Source: Candidatus Hydrogenedentota bacterium
GTDB lineage: Bacteria > Hydrogenedentota > Hydrogenedentia > Hydrogenedentales > JAEUWI01
Direction: 5' to 3'
NCBI GenBank assembly: GCA_034669905.1
Contig: JAXMOL010000022.1
Span: 1-64,000, forward strand
DNA: 64,000 nt
In this document: in pieces, positions 58,451 to 64,000 of the stretch
How the letters are laid out: every line of letters begins with the position of its first letter
Numbering within the stretch: the stretch's first letter is position 1
Notes under the pieces: model-generated
Database searches by the model: none
Told to the model about the DNA's origin: nothing
What the model saw: the letters and a program-made list of their open reading frames with translations, nothing else
Position numbers and translations under genes: made by a program

Positions 58451-58498
58451 AAAAAGACCGCTGCGGAATCCAAGTGATTCTACAGCGGTCTTTCTTTT
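58451..58498. terminator. Bidirectional intrinsic terminator
   Basis: AAAAAGACCGCTG...CAGCGGTCTTTCTTTT between convergent genes. Confidence 0.8.
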
Positions 58499-58544
58499 GT
58501 AAGCGTTTGACTAAGAAGACGTAAGCAAGCGGTGTACCCGTGGC

Positions 58545-59204
58545 TCAGCGACCGGTCCACACATCGGGTTCGTTCGGCTCACTCAATTCGATACGGTCAT
58601 CTTCCGGCAACAACAACTCCGGACTGTCGGCATCCTGGGCACCCGTGGTAGGTTCCGGCTCCGCAACGGGCGTGTCGGCGACCTTGGCTTCCGCCTCCGC
58701 CTCATCGGCCTCATCAGGATTTTGCAATTCCGCTTCGGGCTCCGCGTCCACGGCCTCCCCTTCCCCCGCGCCTTCGCCCTCTGCTCCCGAACCATAACCG
58801 ACCGTCTCTTCCGGATATGCTCCCTTATCCACACCGTACTGATTGTCGTCGCTCGACTCCCAGCCATAGGGGTCATCACCGTATTCGTCGATTTCCGTGC
58901 CGGCCATCACCTTCCGGTCCTCCTCGTTCAGAGAAGGATTCCCCGGCTCAGACCCCTCGTCGTCGTCCCCGTGGGTCAGCGAATCAATATACTTTTCCGG
59001 ATCAATCTTGGAGAGTTGGTCCATCTCTTTTTTGATGGGCGTCAACTCTTTGGTCAAATCCGTCTTCACATCGTCCACATACCCCCGCAAATCACGCACT
59101 GTCCGAATAACCAGTTTGGCAAAATCGGGAAACTTCTCCGGTCCGATTACCACCAGCGCAATACCGGCGATGAGAACCATCTCGCTGAAACCTATTCCAA
59201 GCAT
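58545..59204 (-). CDS. tatB: Tat translocase subunit TatB-like with long acidic tail
   Basis: GIGFSEMVLIAGIALVVIGPEKFP; adjacent to tatC. Confidence 0.8.
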   Translation of the reverse strand: MLGIGFSEMVLIAGIALVVIGPEKFPDFAKLVIRTVRDLRGYVDDVKTDLTKELTPIKKEMDQLSKIDPEKYIDSLTHGDDDEGSEPGNPSLNEEDRKVMAGTEIDEYGDDPYGWESSDDNQYGVDKGAYPEETVGYGSGAEGEGAGEGEAVDAEPEAELQNPDEADEAEAEAKVADTPVAEPEPTTGAQDADSPELLLPEDDRIELSEPNEPDVWTGR

Positions 59205-59218
59205 GGGATTTGTACTCC

Positions 59219-60073
59219 TTATTCAGCCTGGGCTTCTTCTGCCCGGCGACGTCGAATGACGAGATAAGACAACCAGATGCTCCCTTCGTAGAGCCCATAA
59301 AGGGGCACGAGCATGAAGGTCATGGTGATGGGGTCGGGCGGAGTGAGCATGGCCGAACACACCGCCAACCCGACTATGGTTATCTTACGGTACTGTTTCA
59401 AGGTGTCGGGGGTCAAAATGCCGAGATACACCAGAATCAGCACCACCATAGGAAATTGAAAGGCAATACCAAAGGCCAGCAGGGCCTTGAAAATCATCGA
59501 GACGGTCTCGTTCATCCGAAGCTGAACACTGACACCCTCGGGCACGAAATTGGCCAGATAAGGCAGCACAAAGGGCAACACACCGAAATAGGCCACCGCC
59601 ACCCCCGCAAAGGCCAGCAAACTACAACCTACGAGCAGAAACTGAGCTGCCCGTCGCTCCCGATCGTGGAGTCCGGGAAAAATGAAGGCACATAGCTGGA
59701 AAAGTATCACCGGGATGGCAAATAGCAATCCGCCATAACCCGCGATCTTCAACTTGACGAATACGGGCTCCAAGGGGTTAAGAACGGTCCAATTCGCGGA
59801 CTTCAACGCCCCATCATCGCTTTCCACCGCCATATCGTTGGACGGCACCGGTCCCCCCTCCACCGTAGGCGCGCCGCTGCTGACATTCACATTGGGAATC
59901 GTCGTGTCCAGAATCTGCAAGGGGCGGGCAAGGGCGGCGAAGATAAAATCCGACAGGATGTAACATATCAGCACACCCACCATCACGGCGATACCTGAGC
60001 GAATCAAACGAACCCGCAACTCACCCAGGTGCTCGGTAAAACTCATTCGCGCTTCATCATCCGACACTGCCAA
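59219..60073 (-). CDS. tatC: Tat translocase subunit TatC
   Basis: MSFTEHLGELRVRL, FIFPGL, FQFP and LTPPD. Confidence 0.93.
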   Translation of the reverse strand: MAVSDDEARMSFTEHLGELRVRLIRSGIAVMVGVLICYILSDFIFAALARPLQILDTTIPNVNVSSGAPTVEGGPVPSNDMAVESDDGALKSANWTVLNPLEPVFVKLKIAGYGGLLFAIPVILFQLCAFIFPGLHDRERRAAQFLLVGCSLLAFAGVAVAYFGVLPFVLPYLANFVPEGVSVQLRMNETVSMIFKALLAFGIAFQFPMVVLILVYLGILTPDTLKQYRKITIVGLAVCSAMLTPPDPITMTFMLVPLYGLYEGSIWLSYLVIRRRRAEEAQAE

Positions 60074-60110
60074 TTCCTTTTCGTCTTCGCTATCGCTATG
60101 CAGTCACCAT

Positions 60111-60139
60111 AAAAAAAGGGTGTCTTTTCAGACACCCGA
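60111..60139 (-). terminator. Intrinsic terminator after the IHF/HU gene
   Basis: Minus strand GGGTGTCT-GAAA-AGACACCC-TTTTTTT. Confidence 0.8.
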
Positions 60140-60190
60140 ATAGTAACATTTATAAAGTATCCAGCGCACGATTACGATGCGTTCAACGCA

Positions 60191-60544
60191 TCAGAATGCG
60201 CCTCCCTGTGCCGACCGTTCCTCGTCTTCGTGGTGGCCACCTACCGTGGGCGGAATACCCGTCGGATCCGCCTTCTCCACCCACTCTTTCAACGCTTTTC
60301 CCGGTTTAAAGATGGGAATACGCTTTTCTGAGATAGGCACCGAGTCCCCCGTGCGCGGATTCCGTCCCAATCGGGCATCACGAATCTTCACCTCAAAGAC
60401 ACCGAAGTTTCGGATCTCCAGGCGATCACCATGAGACAGGGCCTCGGTAATAGTATCGAGGGTCGTCTGCACCACATCGGACACTTCATTCTGGGTGAAG
60501 CCTAACTGCTCCGCTACGCTGATCACCAATTCACGCTTGGTCAC
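60191..60544 (-). CDS. IHF/HU-family DNA-binding protein
   Basis: TKRELV, EIRNFGVF, GRNPRTG and FKPGK. Confidence 0.92.
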   Translation of the reverse strand: MTKRELVISVAEQLGFTQNEVSDVVQTTLDTITEALSHGDRLEIRNFGVFEVKIRDARLGRNPRTGDSVPISEKRIPIFKPGKALKEWVEKADPTGIPPTVGGHHEDEERSAQGGAF

Positions 60545-60595
60545 CGCCGTCCCTTTCGTCCGATTACGCAGGCCACTTCTGCAGCCCGCAGCCCG

Positions 60596-61174
60596 TTAGA
60601 GACCGAGCGGTGCACGCCAGGCATTTGCAAGACCACCTGGGTTAATGAGGATAAAGCCTACAATGAGCGCCAGGATACCGAAGAGAATCAGGATCGTCTT
60701 CGTATTTTTGCTCATACCGCCACCACCGCCGCCGCCGCCAGCCATCTCACCGCCGGTCGGGGGAATAAAGATTTTCTCGCCTGCTTCGGCCCGCGCGCGC
60801 TTGTCGTCTACAGCGCCGAGGGTTTCATTGATGGCGATAAAGGCCCGGTGCCATTCCGTCTGAAGCTTCTTCACAGCCACTTCGGACTGGGAGTAGATAG
60901 CTTCAAGGCTGGTCGCACCAGAAACGATGTTCATCGTATTGTTGTCGAGCTCGTAGTCGTTGGCCAGGGTTTCCTTGAGCACCTTGTGGGTGCGCGCCAA
61001 CTTACTCTTGATCTTCAGAAACTGGGTCTCCAACTCGGCCTTATTGATGCCGGGCTCAGGATACCGCGTAAGAATCTGATTGAAAAGCATCCAGTCATTC
61101 ATGAATTCCCGGCACAATTCCACGCGCCGCGATAACTGGTCTACAATCTTTTGTTGTTTTTTGCTAAGGGCCAT
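60596..61174 (-). CDS. Hypothetical helical protein with Gly linker and C-terminal TM anchor
   Basis: Clean ORF with a poly-Gly linker then a TM helix. Upstream TTGACT-N17-TAGATT promoter-like sequence. Confidence 0.7.
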   Translation of the reverse strand: MALSKKQQKIVDQLSRRVELCREFMNDWMLFNQILTRYPEPGINKAELETQFLKIKSKLARTHKVLKETLANDYELDNNTMNIVSGATSLEAIYSQSEVAVKKLQTEWHRAFIAINETLGAVDDKRARAEAGEKIFIPPTGGEMAGGGGGGGGMSKNTKTILILFGILALIVGFILINPGGLANAWRAPLGL

Positions 61175-61343
61175 TGTTTGTAACCACTCCGCGTTGTAGT
61201 GTCCCCACTCAGTAGAGCCTAATCTAGCATACGAGCAGGACAAAGTCAACCGGCACAATCTGATTTAAGTCCGCAGATTGTAACCGCTTACAGATGTCTT
61301 GATTCCATGACAATTATAGCTGCAAAACCGTAAAAACACAAAT

Positions 61344-61922
61344 TTAATGCCGGGCCTGACCCAGCGCCAGAAAATTCCGAATCAATTGCTTGCCACATCC
61401 TGTCAGAATGCTCTCCGGATGAAACTGAAGGCCCCACACCGGATCCTTCCGATGGGCCACGGCCATGATCTCCCCCGCATCGGTTTCAGCAATGATTTCC
61501 AGCGATTCGGGGCAACTTTCCCGTTCGATAATCAGCGAGTGATATCGGGTCGCCTCAAAGGGCGAAGCGATGTCGGCAAAGAGCGGGTGACCGGTATGGT
61601 GCATGGCGCTGATTTTGCCGTGCATGATACGGTCAGCGCGCACGATATTTCCGCCGTAGGCGGCGCCAATACTCTGGTGCCCCAGGCACACGCCAAGAAT
61701 CGGGAAATCCGGACCGAGCTCGCGAATGACATCCACCGAAATCCCGGCTTCATTGGGCGTGCACGGACCAGGCGACACGATAATATGATCAGGTTTGAGT
61801 TCCCGCACCCCCGCGACATCGATCGCGTCGTTGCGGAAGACCCGCACATCATCCACCACCTCCCCGAAGTACTGGACCAGATTGTAGGTAAACGAATCGT
61901 AGTTGTCAATCAGCACTATCAT
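61344..61922 (-). CDS. trpG: Anthranilate/aminodeoxychorismate synthase component II
   Basis: IDNYDSFTYN, SPGP, GVCLGHQ, RYHSL and QFHPES. Confidence 0.93.
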   Translation of the reverse strand: MIVLIDNYDSFTYNLVQYFGEVVDDVRVFRNDAIDVAGVRELKPDHIIVSPGPCTPNEAGISVDVIRELGPDFPILGVCLGHQSIGAAYGGNIVRADRIMHGKISAMHHTGHPLFADIASPFEATRYHSLIIERESCPESLEIIAETDAGEIMAVAHRKDPVWGLQFHPESILTGCGKQLIRNFLALGQARH

Positions 61923-63409
61923 GAATCCAGTCCTTTCTCCGCAAACTCCACCGCCCGAAAGAGGGCCTTGGCCTTGTTCTGCGTCTCTTCATATTCCCGG
62001 TCTGGATCACTGTCATACACGATGCCGGCCCCTGCCTGACAATAGGCGGTGCCATCTTTCACGATCATGGTGCGAATGAGGATACAGGTATCCATATCCC
62101 CCGAATAACTGATGTAACCGCAACCACCGGAATAGGGACCCCGCCGCTCCGTTTCCAGTTCGTCGATGATTTGCATGGCCCGAATTTTCGGTGCACCGCT
62201 TACGGTGCCCATGGGAAAGGTCGCTTCCAACGCGTCATAGGCGTCACAATCGTCACGCAGGTCCCCTTCCACTTCGCTGACAATATGCATGACGTGGGAG
62301 TAGCGTTCGATGACCATGCGCTTTCCGGGAACAGGCGCTACCGTGCCGGGCTTGCTGATGCGGCCAATGTCGTTACGCCCCAAATCCAGGAGCATGACAT
62401 GTTCCGCGATTTCTTTTTCGTCGGCCAGCAGATCGACTTCGTAGGCCTGGTCTTCTGCCGCCGTTTTTCCCCGGGGCCGCGTGCCGGCGATGGGGCGCAC
62501 CATGGCCTTCCCTTTGTTTACCCGCGTCATCACTTCCGGACTGGAACCGACGAGGGCGAATTCGGGGAACTGCATGAGCAGCATGTAGGGAGATGGATTA
62601 ATAGAACGGAGAGAGCGATAGAGCGTCACGGGGGCGGCCGTCACGGGGCGCTGAAAACGCTGGGAGAGCACCACCTGAAAGATATCTCCCGCGCAAATGT
62701 ATTCTTTCGCCCGGTTGACCACGTCGCAGAAGGCTTCCCGCGTAAAGTTGGATTGGATATCATTGGGCAAGCCGCTGACGGTGGGCTCGACCATCACGTC
62801 ACTGAGCGGTTGTTTCAACTGGGTTTCCAGCGCTTCGATTTTGGCGACCCCGGTGGCGTAGGCCTTGTCGACGTCTCCGTCAACATGCACATTGGACACG
62901 ATCTTGATTCGATTATTGACATGATCGAAGAGCAGCATCGTATCGGTAATGACGAAATAGAGATCCGGGAGATTGAGGGTATCGGGATTTTCGTCGGGGA
63001 GGGTCTCGAAGAAGCGCACCTGATCGTAGGAGAGATAGCCCACCGCCCCGCCGTGAAACTCCGGCAAACCGGCCATCTCCACCGGCTTATAATCGGCCAT
63101 GACCCGGCGCAATTCGTGGAGGGGCTTTTCCGCGGAGAATGTCGTTTCCTTTCCCCCGCGCTCGATCGTTACCTCGGTACCTTTTGCCCGGAAAATTACC
63201 GACGGATTCGCGCCGATAAACGAGTATTGGCCGAGTGAGCCCGCCTGCTCCACGCTTTCGAGCAGAAAGGCGTGGGACTGGCCCTGGGCAATTTTCATGT
63301 AGGCCGAAACCGGTGTTTCGAGATCGGCGAGGATTTCCTGGTATACCGGCACCACGGCACCGGGTTTGGCCACCTTCCGGAAGTCTTCCAGCGATGGATG
63401 AAGCATCAT
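61919..63409 (-). CDS. trpE: Anthranilate synthase component I
   Basis: FLLES, NPSPY, PIAGT, EHVMLLDLGRND and GTVSGAPK. Start ATG 63409. Confidence 0.93.
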   Translation of the reverse strand: MMLHPSLEDFRKVAKPGAVVPVYQEILADLETPVSAYMKIAQGQSHAFLLESVEQAGSLGQYSFIGANPSVIFRAKGTEVTIERGGKETTFSAEKPLHELRRVMADYKPVEMAGLPEFHGGAVGYLSYDQVRFFETLPDENPDTLNLPDLYFVITDTMLLFDHVNNRIKIVSNVHVDGDVDKAYATGVAKIEALETQLKQPLSDVMVEPTVSGLPNDIQSNFTREAFCDVVNRAKEYICAGDIFQVVLSQRFQRPVTAAPVTLYRSLRSINPSPYMLLMQFPEFALVGSSPEVMTRVNKGKAMVRPIAGTRPRGKTAAEDQAYEVDLLADEKEIAEHVMLLDLGRNDIGRISKPGTVAPVPGKRMVIERYSHVMHIVSEVEGDLRDDCDAYDALEATFPMGTVSGAPKIRAMQIIDELETERRGPYSGGCGYISYSGDMDTCILIRTMIVKDGTAYCQAGAGIVYDSDPDREYEETQNKAKALFRAVEFAEKGLDS

Positions 63410-63443
63410 GTGTTCCCTTATCGTCGTGCCCGAAGGCCGACTC

Positions 63444-63809
63444 TTATTCGGCAGCGACCCCGTCACCGGCCAGGGTGAGGGATTCGTCGTCATTAACGCG
63501 CCGGTAAAAACAACTGGTCTCATTGGTGTGGCAGGTGGGGCCGACCGGATCGCACTGGAGCACGAGGGCATCGCCATCACAATCGATGCGAATATCCTTT
63601 ACGTGGAGCACATTGCCGGACGTTTCGCCCTTAAGCCACAGGGTCTGGCGGGAACGTGACCAGAAGCAGGCTTTCTTTTCTTTGAGCGTAATGCCAAGCG
63701 ACTCACGATTCATGTAGCCCACCATGAGGACCTGTCCGGTTTCATGGTGCTGGATAACGGCACAAACAAGGCCATCTGCGTCGTATTTAAGTAGATCATC
63801 GAGGGTCAT
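63444..63809 (-). CDS. hisI: Phosphoribosyl-AMP cyclohydrolase
   Basis: WSRSR, KGETSGN, DCDGD and CHT...SCF. Confidence 0.93.
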   Translation of the reverse strand: MTLDDLLKYDADGLVCAVIQHHETGQVLMVGYMNRESLGITLKEKKACFWSRSRQTLWLKGETSGNVLHVKDIRIDCDGDALVLQCDPVGPTCHTNETSCFYRRVNDDESLTLAGDGVAAE

Positions 63810-63901
63810 GGTGTACGCTCCTTTACGCGAGGCAACCCCTTACGGGGAAGATTCAGGTACTTCTTGGGGTATAAAAAGGGAAAGGGCAGGTTGAGGGGTG
63901 C

Positions 63902-63958
63902 TCAGCCGCAGACAGAGTGAAGACGCCATCGAAAACGCTCAGGGTATCGATGTTGCAT
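63902..63958 (-). promoter_or_regulatory. Putative leader peptide (uORF) of hisI-trpE-trpG
   Basis: AAGGGAG SD and MQHRYPERFRWRLHSVCG-stop, ending 92 nt before hisI. Confidence 0.5.
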
Positions 63959-64000
63959 GCTATTCACTCCCTTATCAATCAGTAGGTGGCGGGCGGATTT

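Overview
A roughly 60% GC bacterial chromosomal segment. The (Gly-Glu)n-linker surface protein suggests Candidatus Hydrogenedentes, but that is an inference. Most of the window is housekeeping or metabolic: mtaB, tyrA-tmk-holB-ricT-tatD, a pabB/pabC fusion, a SMUG1-type UDG, prpD, sthA, an aminotransferase, a cold-shock gene, ihf-tatC-tatB and hisI-trpE-trpG. There are two accessory blocks. One is a lower-GC defence/toxin-antitoxin islet at 2.9-6.4 kb: a coupled hypothetical + PD-(D/E)xK nuclease pair, a DUF5677-like gene, an intact antitoxin-YoeB pair and two decayed TA remnants. The other is a czcI/C/B/A-like heavy-metal efflux operon at 45.6-52.5 kb, bracketed by diverged direct repeats. 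Signals the ORF track misses include a GGGACTGT-bounded hairpin element found three times between 118-170 bp direct duplications (one duplicates the mtaB start), a 6S-RNA-like gene, a His/Trp/aromatic leader peptide ahead of hisI-trpEG, a stand-alone 44-aa peptide gene and a 48-aa membrane peptide. Unusual architectures include an ECF sigma factor coupled to a membrane protein fused to a serine beta-lactamase-family domain, a recombinase DNA-binding domain expressed without a catalytic domain, and a CzcB with repeated Cys/His (CxxCH) modules. No rRNA, tRNA, CRISPR array or intact transposase/integrase was seen. All calls come from reading motifs by eye; no database searches were run.
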